59,566 bases of DNA from an uncultured bacterium (GTDB lineage Bacteria > Gemmatimonadota > Gemmatimonadetes > Longimicrobiales > Gaopeijiaceae), in the NCBI GenBank assembly GCA_963934665.1, contig CAWVZF010000001.1:1-59566 (forward strand), given 5' to 3'. Position 1 is the first letter of the stretch. The number at the start of each line of letters is the position of its first letter. Positions 29,070 to 39,054 of this stretch are shown piece by piece. The notes below the pieces were generated by a model, which saw nothing but the letters and a program-made list of their open reading frames with translations, did not search any database and was not told the DNA's origin. The position numbers were made by a program, and so were the translations under genes.

Positions 29070-31226
29070 CTAGTTTCTGGTGTGGATGCCATATAACTCG
29101 CGGAGTTGGTCGATTCCTTCTGCTCTTCCGATAAGAGTGAGCCTGTCGCCTTCAACTAGCTCTGTATCGCCACGGGGTATAATGAGCTCTCCGGAGCGTC
29201 TGATCATAGCAACCAGAGTGCCTTCTGGATGAGGAAATTCTCTGATTAGCTTGCCAATCAATTCTTCCCCAGCCAGCCCGTGCTCTAGCCGCATCGCGAA
29301 CATCACCTCTTCGTGGAAGAGTGCTTCCTTAAGATCTTGGCCTGTTTGAGCTTCCAGCCACTCAGGTATAAAACCGTCGTCTTCCACGCGTTTCGTGATT
29401 CGGGCGAGGAGTCGAACATGCTGTCCAGGATTGTCTTCCGGAGTAACGATGAAGAGGATCGCTCGGATCAAATCATCTGGGCTACGGCCTAACTGAGCAT
29501 CAGATGTGGTGTAAATCCGAAGCCCATGCTGTGCTCTCGCAAGCAGCATATGGGGTCTCTCCAAGCCGTTAATTCGCACATGTGTAATGGCTACCTCATG
29601 AGCGGAGGAAGTCACTTCTATGCTAGACTCCTCTAGGAACCCTGGGATTAGTTGGCTTGCCGAAACAGGAAGCTCATTTGCGAGCTTTTGCGATGCCCGA
29701 GTAACTAATTCTTGAAAGGTGGTTTGGTGCAGGATATCGATCACGTACGCTTCAGTAACCACTTGATCGAAGGGGTCAGAATCCCGAGTCTCTTGCTCTT
29801 TGATGATTTCGCGCAATTCCATATCCAGGCCCTCGTAACGTCTTTTTCCAAGACGCTCGAATACATGGAAGATCGCTCCCTCTCGGTCCACCCGGTGTCG
29901 AGCATAGTAGGTGTACCACATAGCCCCGAATAAGATGAGACCGAATGTGAATAAGGTCGGAAGAAGCCCCATGTTCACAATGAGCCAGAACGGAGCCAGA
30001 ATCCCAAAGATTTGAACAGTGGGGTACAGCGGCGAAGTAAAGACGGGGTCGTATGCCTCGATCCTGCTTTCCCTCATCACGATGACTGCTAAACAGGCTA
30101 GTGCAAATATCGTAAGCTGAAAGGCACTCGCGAGCTTCGCGATTTTAGTCGGATCAAATAGTATGACAGAGATAAGGATCAGCCCGACCGTGAAACCGAT
30201 GCCGACCACTGGTGTCCCTCGGCTTCCAATCCGACTGAAAACGACAGGAAGGATACTGTCTCTGCCCATCGCTAGGGGGTATCTGGAAGCGCTTAGAAGC
30301 CCAGCGTTTGCGACTGACGAGAAGGCAAGAAGGGCAGCAATAGTCATAACAATCGCCCCCCAACGGCCGCCGAGCGCTTCTGCCACGGTGGCAACAGGAG
30401 TCAAGTCTCCTCCATCTTTTGCCAGGGTCTCTACACCAACCACGCTAACCATGACTGAAGTCCCCACTACGTAGATGGCGACAACGGTGCCAAACGCGAG
30501 GAACATACCCAGTGGTAGATTCACTCCTGGATCTTTTACTTCTTCGGCTATGCTAGCCACTTTAGTCAGGCCCATATAGCTGACGATAACCAACCCTGCA
30601 GTGCTGATGATTCCTGCGGTTCCAGAGTCAAAAACCCCCTCGAATCTCTGTCCATCTATCTGCAAAAGCCCTGCGATACAGAACCAAACCAGAAGCACCA
30701 GTAGGCCAATCAATAGCGATACTTGAAATGATCCAGTTTTCTTCGTGCCAAAATAGTTGATCATCCCGAAGAAAATTGCGAAACCGGCAGCGATAGGGGG
30801 CATGTCGAGTTCTGGCGCAAAGATCTGCAGATACGCACCGACACCTACAAGAGCGAAAGCGGTTTTAAGAACTAGTGATATCCAGGTTCCAAAACCGCCA
30901 ATCGCTCCCATGAGCGGGCCCATGCTTCGATCGAGAAAGTAGTAAATCCCCCCAGCACGGGGCATTGCGGTTGAAAGTTCGGCCATGCTAAGCAGGCCCG
31001 GTACAAGGATGATCGCTCCTAGTAGATAAGCGAGCGGCATAGCCGAACCCGCACTGGCTGCAGCTAGTCCCGGGAGTAAGAAAAAGCCAGAGCTAAGCGT
31101 TGCCCCTGTAGCAAGTGCGTAGACATCCTTGAGCCCCAACTGCCTCTCGAGAGGCTCGGGTGTAGTTACGCGCTTTGTATCCTCAGTTTTGTGGCTCTTC
31201 ATAAACTTGCTTCCGATGTCGAGCAA
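29070..31226 (-). CDS. APC-superfamily amino-acid permease fused to EIIA(type 2)-like and TrkA-C domains
   Basis: About 12 TM segments over the first ~440 aa. Next comes an EIIA-like block VAITHVRINGLERPHMLLARAQHGL...ILFIVTPEDNPGQHVRLLARI. A TrkA-C-like tail follows: GTLVAMIRRSGELIIPRGDTELVEGDRLTLIG. Confidence 0.75.
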   Translation of the reverse strand: MLDIGSKFMKSHKTEDTKRVTTPEPLERQLGLKDVYALATGATLSSGFFLLPGLAAASAGSAMPLAYLLGAIILVPGLLSMAELSTAMPRAGGIYYFLDRSMGPLMGAIGGFGTWISLVLKTAFALVGVGAYLQIFAPELDMPPIAAGFAIFFGMINYFGTKKTGSFQVSLLIGLLVLLVWFCIAGLLQIDGQRFEGVFDSGTAGIISTAGLVIVSYMGLTKVASIAEEVKDPGVNLPLGMFLAFGTVVAIYVVGTSVMVSVVGVETLAKDGGDLTPVATVAEALGGRWGAIVMTIAALLAFSSVANAGLLSASRYPLAMGRDSILPVVFSRIGSRGTPVVGIGFTVGLILISVILFDPTKIAKLASAFQLTIFALACLAVIVMRESRIEAYDPVFTSPLYPTVQIFGILAPFWLIVNMGLLPTLFTFGLILFGAMWYTYYARHRVDREGAIFHVFERLGKRRYEGLDMELREIIKEQETRDSDPFDQVVTEAYVIDILHQTTFQELVTRASQKLANELPVSASQLIPGFLEESSIEVTSSAHEVAITHVRINGLERPHMLLARAQHGLRIYTTSDAQLGRSPDDLIRAILFIVTPEDNPGQHVRLLARITKRVEDDGFIPEWLEAQTGQDLKEALFHEEVMFAMRLEHGLAGEELIGKLIREFPHPEGTLVAMIRRSGELIIPRGDTELVEGDRLTLIGRAEGIDQLRELYGIHTRN

Positions 31227-31344
31227 AGGAGGATCATCAAGATTTAAGTCCAGAATAGCTTGCGATAAGATGTACTGCTTGATCCGGGCTTATCTTCTCA
31301 CCCTAGCCTGCCTAATGGAACAATAGTCTTTGAATAAATGAAGG

Positions 31345-32775
31345 CTAATTCATCTCAGCCTTTATCGCTTTCCCCGGCCTAACACCTTCAGCGATCTCAC
31401 CCTCATACACTACTGGGATTCCATTGACTAGGACGTATTCAATCCCATCAGAGGTGAGTGATCCTTCCAAGTAAGTCGCGCGATCGATCACCGTTTCTGG
31501 ATCAAAGATTGTGATATCAGCATCTGATCCTACACGAATCCGTCCCTTTGTCTCCATAGCCGGTACAAACTCCTCAAGCCTCAGAGTTGGGAGGATTGTC
31601 ATTCTCGCCAGAGCATCCATTAGTTCTAGGGCACCCTGCTCACGGACGTATCGGCCAAGGATTCTGGCGAATGTTCCCGCACCCCGAGGATGTCCCGTGC
31701 CACCGTCACTAGCGACGATCGTTAATGGACTGGTGACTGCAGCAAGCGTCATTTCTTCTGTTCGGCCATGGATGATGACAGAACCACCCTCTTCTCTGTA
31801 CTTACTAAAGGTCTCACGATTTAGACGTTCCCCGGTCCTGACCCACTGGTGCCGTTCAAATCGCTCATCATCCCAGATTTCCCAATCGTCGAAGAGTGCA
31901 GATTGGATTCCAGTTTGTGAGGCTCCGTAAGGATAAGCTTCTGTAGTTACATCCCGTCCTTCATCCTGTGCCATTTGAATCATCTCTAGAAACTCTAGGA
32001 TGTTTCCGCCGCCGCTTGAGTTAGCATGCACAATATGAAGGGATGCTGCTGCATTATTCGCAGCTGTGAGCGTTGAGTCGAGTCCCTCCAAGCCACCGCG
32101 CATGTGGACAAAAGCAGTGACTCCGAGATCGGCGACTACGCTGAACATACGTTCGATCTCATCCATTGTTGCTCCGGGCGTGTAGGCAGTTCCGAAGCCC
32201 ACGCCTATAGCACCCTGGGCCAGTCCTTCACGGATGAGTTGCTCGGTCTCAGAGATCTGGTCCGGTGAGGACTGTTGCCTCGCCGTTATTCCCCCACTAC
32301 CAAGCACGGAGTCTCCCATTGCTCTCGCTCGAACTCCGATGTGACCTATGGAAACCCCATAGTTTACGAGTTGACCACCTTCTCTCTCGGCATACCAGGT
32401 TGCTGCGTTAGGAGTCCCGATCTCAAGCTCAAGACCAGTTGTGACACCATCTTGAACTTGTAGACGATACGCTCTTTCACTTTGTCCATGCCGATGAAGG
32501 TCGACAAAGCCAGGTGCGACGATCAATCCAGTAGCATCAATAACCCGGCTGCCGTCTAGGTTGTCCCCCGAGATCGCACGTACTTGTCCTTCTAGTATCC
32601 CTATGTTCACCACACTGTCTAGTCCGGATTCCGGATCCATAACGCGTCCGCCCTGGATTACTGTATCATAGTCCGCTCCACAGGCAGATATACTCGCGAA
32701 GAGCACGATATTGACGGACCAGAAGAGGAGATGACGTCTGCTATAGATGCAGAAAGGCGGCTGGTACATGGTCAC
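31345..32775 (-). CDS. Exported amidohydrolase, N-acyl-D-amino-acid deacylase (D-aminoacylase)-like
   Basis: Lipobox-like FASISAC, metal motif PGFVDLHRHG, and C-terminal GSDADITIFDPETVIDRATY. Confidence 0.7.
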   Translation of the reverse strand: MTMYQPPFCIYSRRHLLFWSVNIVLFASISACGADYDTVIQGGRVMDPESGLDSVVNIGILEGQVRAISGDNLDGSRVIDATGLIVAPGFVDLHRHGQSERAYRLQVQDGVTTGLELEIGTPNAATWYAEREGGQLVNYGVSIGHIGVRARAMGDSVLGSGGITARQQSSPDQISETEQLIREGLAQGAIGVGFGTAYTPGATMDEIERMFSVVADLGVTAFVHMRGGLEGLDSTLTAANNAAASLHIVHANSSGGGNILEFLEMIQMAQDEGRDVTTEAYPYGASQTGIQSALFDDWEIWDDERFERHQWVRTGERLNRETFSKYREEGGSVIIHGRTEEMTLAAVTSPLTIVASDGGTGHPRGAGTFARILGRYVREQGALELMDALARMTILPTLRLEEFVPAMETKGRIRVGSDADITIFDPETVIDRATYLEGSLTSDGIEYVLVNGIPVVYEGEIAEGVRPGKAIKAEMN

Positions 32776-32980
32776 TAGGCCTTTGTCGAAGGACTCAACG
32801 ATTCATACGAGCTTAATTGATCGTCGTTTGATCACTCTCGCCACCATGCCATTCCTGGATGCTGGTAGTGCGCAGTTAGTATCTGTCCCGAACGTTCTTG
32901 TTCGCTGAAGTCTGTGGCGTAAGACAGGTAGTTTGGGCCATTATTGAGGACTAAAGATTCTTGATCGGTAGGCATAAGAG

Positions 32981-33478
32981 ATGGTGAAGTTTACACTCAA
33001 CGGTGAACCCCAGGAACTCAACGTTCCCAGCGCGAACCCGCTTCTTTGGGTTCTTCGCGAGTCACTGGAATTGACCGGCACGAAATTCGGGTGCGGGATC
33101 GGACAGTGTGGAGCCTGCATGGTTCTCGTGAATGGCCAACCGACTAGATCATGCCAGATGCCAATTAGCGCTGCTGAAGGCTCTGAGGTTATCACGATAG
33201 AAGGGCTTACCGAGAAAGGTGCACACCCGGTCCAAGAAGCTTGGGTTGAGGAGCAAGTTCCCCAATGCGGATACTGCCAATCGGGTCAGATTGTATCGGC
33301 TGTCGCGCTGTTGGCAGCGAATCCAAATCCCACTGATGAAGACATCGACGGAGCGATGTCGAGTAACATCTGCCGGTGCGGTACCTATCCCGCGATCAGA
33401 CGGGCAATCCGCAGGGCGGCAGGCATCCAAGAGCGGCTAGCTTCGACTGATGATGATGGTGCCCGGGGCGAAGAGTGA
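32981..33478 (+). CDS. (2Fe-2S)-binding small subunit of an IorAB-type molybdenum hydroxylase
   Basis: [12 protein letters not shown] and CGYCQSGQI...NICRCGTY cluster motifs in 165 aa, with no signal peptide. Confidence 0.9.
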   Translation: MVKFTLNGEPQELNVPSANPLLWVLRESLELTGTKFGCGIGQCGACMVLVNGQPTRSCQMPISAAEGSEVITIEGLTEKGAHPVQEAWVEEQVPQCGYCQSGQIVSAVALLAANPNPTDEDIDGAMSSNICRCGTYPAIRRAIRRAAGIQERLASTDDDGARGEE

Positions 33479-35679
33479 ACGATCAGCATAGCGACCCGAT
33501 AGAGGGTGGGGGCATCACAAAGAACCTGTCCCGGCGGACGTTTGTGAAAATCGGTGTTTTGGCTGGTACGGGGCTCACACTAGGAGTGTCATACCGGGTA
33601 ATCAAAGGACCCGAGGCTCCGCCGACAGATGCTGCCTTCTCGCCTAGCGCGTTCCTACGTATTGATGTGGACGGTTCGATCACTGTGATGGTCGCCAAGT
33701 CGGAGATGGGCCAAGGAGTTGCCACCGCGCTACCTCAATTGGTAGCTGAGGAGCTGCATGTGCCTCTCTCTCAGGTCTCATTCGAGTTTGCGCCGGCCCA
33801 CCCTGCGTTCGGAACTGCGATGGGTGGCATGCAGTTGACCGGAGGAAGTACGAGTATACGGGACTCTTGGTCGCCACTGCGTGAGGCGGGCGCAAAGGCG
33901 CGCTGGATGCTTCGTGAAGCCGCAGCTCAGAGGTGGGGGATCGCACCTGATCAAGTCCAGATGAACGAGGGCAAGGCTCTTCACCCAGACGGCTCTAAGC
34001 TTACCTATGCTCAGCTAGCTTCGGCCGCTGCGTTACTGGATATACCCAAGGACGTGCCACTCAAGGGCCCCTCTGAATTCAGAGTTATCGGTACGCCGGC
34101 ACCTCGGCTAGATGTCCCTGCCAAGACGACGGGCGAGGCCATTTTCGGAATGGATGCTGGTCCTAGCGACACAAGGGTGGCTGTGGTTGCTCGCTCTCCA
34201 GTTTTCGGAGGTGTACTCCGTGCGTTTGACCCCACTGGTGCACTTGAAGTGCATGGTGTTGATGAAGTCGTCGAGCTAAAGAGCGGAATCGCAGTAGTTG
34301 CAGACGGATACGTAGCAGCCAAAGAGGGACGGGACTTGCTAAACGTCGAGTGGGAGGATGGGAAATGGGGTACTCTAGATGACGCAGAAATCTTAGATCG
34401 CCTTAAGGAAGCAGCTGGTCAGGATGGAGCCACGGTACGCGAAGAGGGCGACATTGATTCAGTTTTGAGCTTGGATAGAGAACAAATAAGGGCGGCATAT
34501 ACGCTGCCGTATCTTGCGCATGCAACGATGGAGCCGATGAACTGCACTGCGTGGGTTCGTAATGGCCAGTGCACCGTGTGGGCGCCCACACAGTTCCAGA
34601 ATGCTCCAGGGCTCGTGGGTGGTGGCGCGCGCCAAGTGGCTGCCAAGGCTGCTGGAGTGAGCCCCGATAACACAGTGGTCCATACTACATTCTTAGGCGG
34701 AGGTTTTGGCCGTCGAGCAGAGCAAGATTTTGTTCGTGAGGCAGCGGAGTTGGCTGGTAAAGTTGATGGTCCAATTAAGGTTATCTGGACCCGCGAAGAC
34801 GACATGCAGAACGATTTCTATCGACCTGCCTCTTACCACGAATTTGCCGCAATACTAGGTGTGGATGGGATGCCCGAAGCTTGGCGTCACCGGATCGCTA
34901 GCCAGTCGATCTTACAGCGGATGGTGCCAAGTTGGGTTCCTGATTTTGCAACAAAGTGGGCAGGAACTAGTGACCCCACATCAACTGAAGGTGCGCAAGA
35001 TCAACCATACCAAATTCCAAATATGCGGGTGACATATTCAAGAGTGGACTTACCTGTTCCAGTCGGTTTTTGGAGATCTGTAGGGCATACACAGAATGCT
35101 TTTGTGGTCGAATCTTTTATTGACGAGTTAGCTAATCTTGCTGGTCAGGATCCCTACGAGTATCGGAGAGATCTACTGCAGGAGCATCCTCGCCATAGAG
35201 CAGTGCTCGACGCGGTGGCTGAGGCTTCGGAATGGGCATCACCAGTTCCTAGTGGTCGAGCACGCGGAATCGCGGTAGCGGAGTCTTTTGGGTCATTCGT
35301 GGCTGAAGTTGCAGAGGTCTCTATTCAGAATGGCCAGCTGCGCGTGCATAAGGTGTGGTGTGCGATTGACTGTGGAATGGTCGTAAACCCATCGATTGTT
35401 AGGGCACAAATGGAAAGTGGCATCGTCTACGGCCTCACTGCAGCTTTTTATGGCCGAATCAGCATTCAGGGTGGTCGCGTTGTGCAGAGCAACTTTCATG
35501 ATTACCAAATGCTAAGGATGCGGGATGCTCCAGACGTCGAAGTGATACTGGTACCGAGCCAGGAAGCACCGGGCGGGGTTGGCGAACCCGGAACACCGCC
35601 AATAGCACCAGCAGTTACCAACGCACTATTCTCTCTCACAGGACAGAGGATCCGGGAACTTCCCATTCAACTAGTCTAG
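33475..35679 (+). CDS. Molybdopterin-binding large subunit, isoquinoline 1-oxidoreductase beta (IorB)-like, TAT-exported
   Basis: GTGA overlap with the small subunit. Twin-arginine motif [14 protein letters not shown]. 734 aa, typical of IorB/membrane aldehyde dehydrogenase large subunits. Confidence 0.85.
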   Translation: MNDQHSDPIEGGGITKNLSRRTFVKIGVLAGTGLTLGVSYRVIKGPEAPPTDAAFSPSAFLRIDVDGSITVMVAKSEMGQGVATALPQLVAEELHVPLSQVSFEFAPAHPAFGTAMGGMQLTGGSTSIRDSWSPLREAGAKARWMLREAAAQRWGIAPDQVQMNEGKALHPDGSKLTYAQLASAAALLDIPKDVPLKGPSEFRVIGTPAPRLDVPAKTTGEAIFGMDAGPSDTRVAVVARSPVFGGVLRAFDPTGALEVHGVDEVVELKSGIAVVADGYVAAKEGRDLLNVEWEDGKWGTLDDAEILDRLKEAAGQDGATVREEGDIDSVLSLDREQIRAAYTLPYLAHATMEPMNCTAWVRNGQCTVWAPTQFQNAPGLVGGGARQVAAKAAGVSPDNTVVHTTFLGGGFGRRAEQDFVREAAELAGKVDGPIKVIWTREDDMQNDFYRPASYHEFAAILGVDGMPEAWRHRIASQSILQRMVPSWVPDFATKWAGTSDPTSTEGAQDQPYQIPNMRVTYSRVDLPVPVGFWRSVGHTQNAFVVESFIDELANLAGQDPYEYRRDLLQEHPRHRAVLDAVAEASEWASPVPSGRARGIAVAESFGSFVAEVAEVSIQNGQLRVHKVWCAIDCGMVVNPSIVRAQMESGIVYGLTAAFYGRISIQGGRVVQSNFHDYQMLRMRDAPDVEVILVPSQEAPGGVGEPGTPPIAPAVTNALFSLTGQRIRELPIQLV

Positions 35680-35756
35680 TTCTCCTAGCTGAAGGCCGGA
35701 TCCGTCCCCATAATCACCGTCCCCGTTCAAGGCTAAGTTCCACAGGAGAAACAAAA

Positions 35757-36794
35757 ATGACCCGAATACGCCAAATAGGTTTTGAATTGGCTGCAAGTGC
35801 GGCTTTACTGGCCACCCTGGCCGGTCCCGTATTGGCTCAGAATCATGCACCGAATCCGTATCGTACCGTTGACGGCGTTTGGGGACAGTTAGAGGAGGGG
35901 AGGACCTGGGGTTCGACAAGCGCGGTATATATGGCTCCGGATGGTATGAACGTCTGGGTCGGAGAACGGTGTGGAGCGAACCAGGGTGCCTGTATGAGGC
36001 AACAGGACTGGGATCCAATAATGCTTTTTTCGCCGAACGGAGAGCTACTAAGAAGCTTCGGTGCGGGGATGATCGTGTGGCCGCATGGGTTACATGTAGA
36101 TTCGGAAGGCAATGTTTGGGTCGCTGATGCTGCCGGAGCGGGTGATAAGGGGCATCAGGTCCACAAGTTTAGCCCAATGGGCGAGCTGCTCATGAGCTTG
36201 GGTACAGCAGGTGTGGCTGGCGACGGGGAAGATACGTTCAACCAACCATCCGACATGCTTGTGGCTCCGGATGGGAGCATATTCGTGGTTGACGGTCATG
36301 GATCTGGAAACAACAACCGCGTGGTCAAGTTCGACAGCAGCGGTGACTACATCATGCAATGGGGTGAGACGGGTAAGGAGAACGGGGAGTTCCGGGATCC
36401 ACATGCGCTTGCGATGGATTCACAGGGCCGACTTTTTGTCGCAGACCGGGGAAACAGCCGAACTCAGGTTTTTGACCAGAATGGGGGCCACCTTATGACG
36501 TGGACTCAGTTTGGTCGACCGAGCGGGCTATATATTGACGGGAACGATGTTATGTATGCGGCTGACTCCGAGTCGAGTAACGCTGGTAGTATGTCGAATA
36601 TGGGCTTCTCACGCGGGATCCGAATTGGGAGCGTCCATGATGGCCTGATTACTGCATTTATCCCGGACCCACAGTGGCTCTTGGGCGTTCGTGGAACAAC
36701 AGCAGCAGAGGGAGTGACTGCTGATGCGTTGGGTAATGTGTATGGGGCCGAGGTTGGACCCAGGATGCTTAGGAAGCATGTCAGGATCCGCTAA
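35757..36794 (+). CDS. Exported NHL-repeat beta-propeller, peptidyl-alpha-hydroxyglycine alpha-amidating lyase (PAL)-like
   Basis: Signal peptide. Blocks WPHGLHVDSEGNVWVADAAG..HQVHKFSP, FNQPSDMLVAPDGSIFVVDGHGSGNNRVVKFD and FRDPHALAMDSQGRLFVADRGNSRTQVFD resemble the PAL/NHL pattern. Confidence 0.7.
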   Translation: MTRIRQIGFELAASAALLATLAGPVLAQNHAPNPYRTVDGVWGQLEEGRTWGSTSAVYMAPDGMNVWVGERCGANQGACMRQQDWDPIMLFSPNGELLRSFGAGMIVWPHGLHVDSEGNVWVADAAGAGDKGHQVHKFSPMGELLMSLGTAGVAGDGEDTFNQPSDMLVAPDGSIFVVDGHGSGNNNRVVKFDSSGDYIMQWGETGKENGEFRDPHALAMDSQGRLFVADRGNSRTQVFDQNGGHLMTWTQFGRPSGLYIDGNDVMYAADSESSNAGSMSNMGFSRGIRIGSVHDGLITAFIPDPQWLLGVRGTTAAEGVTADALGNVYGAEVGPRMLRKHVRIR

Positions 36795-36815
36795 GGAGTA
36801 GCGACTAAATATTCG

Positions 36816-36851
36816 GAGGGGCTATCCATCTGACCTGGTGGATGGCCCCTC
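36816..36851. terminator. Strong bidirectional terminator-like hairpin between convergent genes
   Basis: GAGGGGCTATCCA (36816-36828) pairs with TGGATGGCCCCTC (36839-36851). This is 13 bp with one U.G pair on the + strand and a 10-nt loop. Confidence 0.55.
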
Positions 36852-36857
36852 TTCACA

Positions 36858-38018
36858 TCATCGAGATCCTGAATTGAGGTACAGCATATTTGGAGCCCCT
36901 GATCGTGCTGTAACAATATCGGGTAGCCCATCCCCGTTTACATCTCCGATGGCCAAGCCGTACACCGCACCCTCACTGTCCCCAAACCGCATTACACTAA
37001 AGGACATGCCATCTCCACTATTCACTAGCACAGCAGACTGTGCCTCAACAGCGCCCAGAACAATGTCGTTGTCACCATCTTCATCAAGGTCAGCGATAGC
37101 AATCGAATAGACGAGGTCTGACGGGGCTTCAAGAGGGATCGGGCCTTCAAAAATCAAATTACCTTGATTGACATAGACTAGGGCTCCACCCCCCTCGTCG
37201 TTACCGACGACGATGTCCAATCTCCCATTTCCGTTGATGTCGCCGAGTGCGATAGCCCGTGTTGCTGACTCAGTAGGCCCTAGGGGGAAGCTTGTCTCGA
37301 AGTCGCCGTTACCATCATTGACGTAAATGAAACTTTGTCCCCCATCTCGGTGCGGAACTACAAGATCGATGTGCCCGTCCCCCGTGAGATCTCCTGCACC
37401 AATCGTAGTAGCTGACTGCGAAGAGAGTTCTCTACATGTTGAGAAATATCCTTCACCATCATTGGGGCAGATGTAGTTAGCTGTGCCCCTAGCAGATCCA
37501 CCTCGGTTGGCAGCTACAATGTCAGGGTATCCATCACCCGTCAGGTCTACAACGGTGACGTTACGCGTCGGCCAGGTTGCATCACCGAAAGTTCCAATGA
37601 TCTCGAAATGACCGGTACCATCATTGTGGTAAACGAGTTTGGGATCCGGCCTATCGTTACCCAAGACAAGATCCAGATCGCTATCGCCGTCTAAGTCAGC
37701 AAGAGCAGCGGTATACGTTCTGTCTGCAGAATCACCGGTGTTATGGCGCTCTATGAAACTGCCATTGCCATCGTTCAGAAGGACGATATCTAACAGGGGC
37801 CAGTGGCGTCCTTTAGCCAAGACGATGTCGAAGTCACCATCCCCATCTAGGTCTCCGAGGCTCGCGTTCGCGCTGGTTTCAGACGTTGTTTCCAGGTAGA
37901 TAGCATCGTGGAACGAGAGAGTACCGGCCTGCTGAGATCCGGGCGTTGAGTTACTAGAGCATGAAGATGAAAACAGAAACAAAGCAGCCAAGGATAACAG
38001 ACATGGTTGGTCAGGCAT
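36858..38018 (-). CDS. FG-GAP/VCBS-repeat (7-blade propeller) lipoprotein
   Basis: Lipobox LFSSSC. Seven Ca-binding-like repeats: DLDGDGDFDIV, DLDGDSDLDLV, DLTGDGYPDIV, DLTGDGHIDLV, DINGNGRLDIV, DLDEDGDNDIV and DVNGDGLPDIV. Confidence 0.8.
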   Translation of the reverse strand: MPDQPCLLSLAALFLFSSSCSSNSTPGSQQAGTLSFHDAIYLETTSETSANASLGDLDGDGDFDIVLAKGRHWPLLDIVLLNDGNGSFIERHNTGDSADRTYTAALADLDGDSDLDLVLGNDRPDPKLVYHNDGTGHFEIIGTFGDATWPTRNVTVVDLTGDGYPDIVAANRGGSARGTANYICPNDGEGYFSTCRELSSQSATTIGAGDLTGDGHIDLVVPHRDGGQSFIYVNDGNGDFETSFPLGPTESATRAIALGDINGNGRLDIVVGNDEGGGALVYVNQGNLIFEGPIPLEAPSDLVYSIAIADLDEDGDNDIVLGAVEAQSAVLVNSGDGMSFSVMRFGDSEGAVYGLAIGDVNGDGLPDIVTARSGAPNMLYLNSGSR

Positions 38019-38054
38019 GTGGTCGTTGACTTTGTTGCGCAGCCTAGTAGAGAC

Positions 38055-39041
38055 TCAGCCTCTTACTGCACGCTTCACCAAATTCTCCATGAGTGGAATC
38101 TTAAAGTGGTTGTAGTCAAGCGGTTCTGCCCCCTGAACTGCCATTGTACCTGCTCGAGCGGCAGTATCCTCGTTCCGCATTTGACCCCGAATCATGGTCT
38201 CGACTTCTTGCAGGCGCCGCGGGATGCACTGCACAGCTCCACAGACGATACGTGCGTCATCAATCCGGTCACCAGTGCTCTTGATTGCTGAGGCTACACT
38301 TACGAGAGGGAAGTCCCAGCTTCCACGGTCGCTCGCCTTCTCGAAGTAGAAGTCAGCACCATTCCAGGTGTTGGGTATACGGATCTTAATCAATAGATCT
38401 TCTGGGCTGAGGACGGTCATGCGCATGATGTCGACTGCAGGTTCCATAAAAAAGTTATCGGCCTTGACCACACGTTCCCCACTGGAATTTCTGACTACCA
38501 TTTCGGCATCAAGTGCTACGAGAGCAGTAGCTGTATCTGATGGGGAGACTGCCACACAGCGGTTTGCTCCAAAGATCGCATGTTCTCGATTGAGTGCGTC
38601 TGTTGCCCCAGCGTAGCAAGTGTTCCCGCCTGCCCGGTAACAGGACACTCCATAGCGGTAGTACCAACAGCGAGTGTCCTGGCAAAGGTTTCCGCCTAGG
38701 GTGCCTGCATTTCTGATCTGCGGACTCGCTACCTTGCTGGCTGCTTCGGACAAAAGCCAAAACCGTTCACGGATCAGAGGGTTTCGCTCAACTTCGGTTA
38801 GTGTTGTCAATGCACCGATTTCAATCCCATCATCGGTTTCATCGATGCCCTTAAGTGCATCAAGGCCCTCAAGATCGATTACCGCCTCCGGACGCTTCCC
38901 TCGATTCTTGAACCAGCCAAGGCTATCCATGCCACCAGCAAGAGCCCATCCATCCTCACCGTACTCTTCAAGCAGATTAAGTGCTCCTTCAACGCTTGCG
39001 GGCTGAATGAGTTCGAAGCCCGGAATCATGTCCTTCATCAT
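38055..39041 (-). CDS. FAD-binding medium subunit of a xanthine dehydrogenase-family enzyme (PaoB/CoxM-like)
   Basis: 328 aa. It has LAGGMDSLGWFK and IRNAGTLGGNLCQ blocks, plus a Cys-rich stretch CQDTRCWYYRYGVSCY that may bind a 4Fe-4S cluster as in PaoB. Confidence 0.8.
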   Translation of the reverse strand: MMKDMIPGFELIQPASVEGALNLLEEYGEDGWALAGGMDSLGWFKNRGKRPEAVIDLEGLDALKGIDETDDGIEIGALTTLTEVERNPLIRERFWLLSEAASKVASPQIRNAGTLGGNLCQDTRCWYYRYGVSCYRAGGNTCYAGATDALNREHAIFGANRCVAVSPSDTATALVALDAEMVVRNSSGERVVKADNFFMEPAVDIMRMTVLSPEDLLIKIRIPNTWNGADFYFEKASDRGSWDFPLVSVASAIKSTGDRIDDARIVCGAVQCIPRRLQEVETMIRGQMRNEDTAARAGTMAVQGAEPLDYNHFKIPLMENLVKRAVRG

Positions 39042-39054
39042 AGGGCTTGCCTCG

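Noticed and set aside
32825-32965. Three TTGATC hexamers in the iorA / amidohydrolase divergent region, considered as an operator.
   Set aside because: The motif is short and non-palindromic with irregular spacing, so it is compatible with chance. There is no cognate regulator gene nearby.
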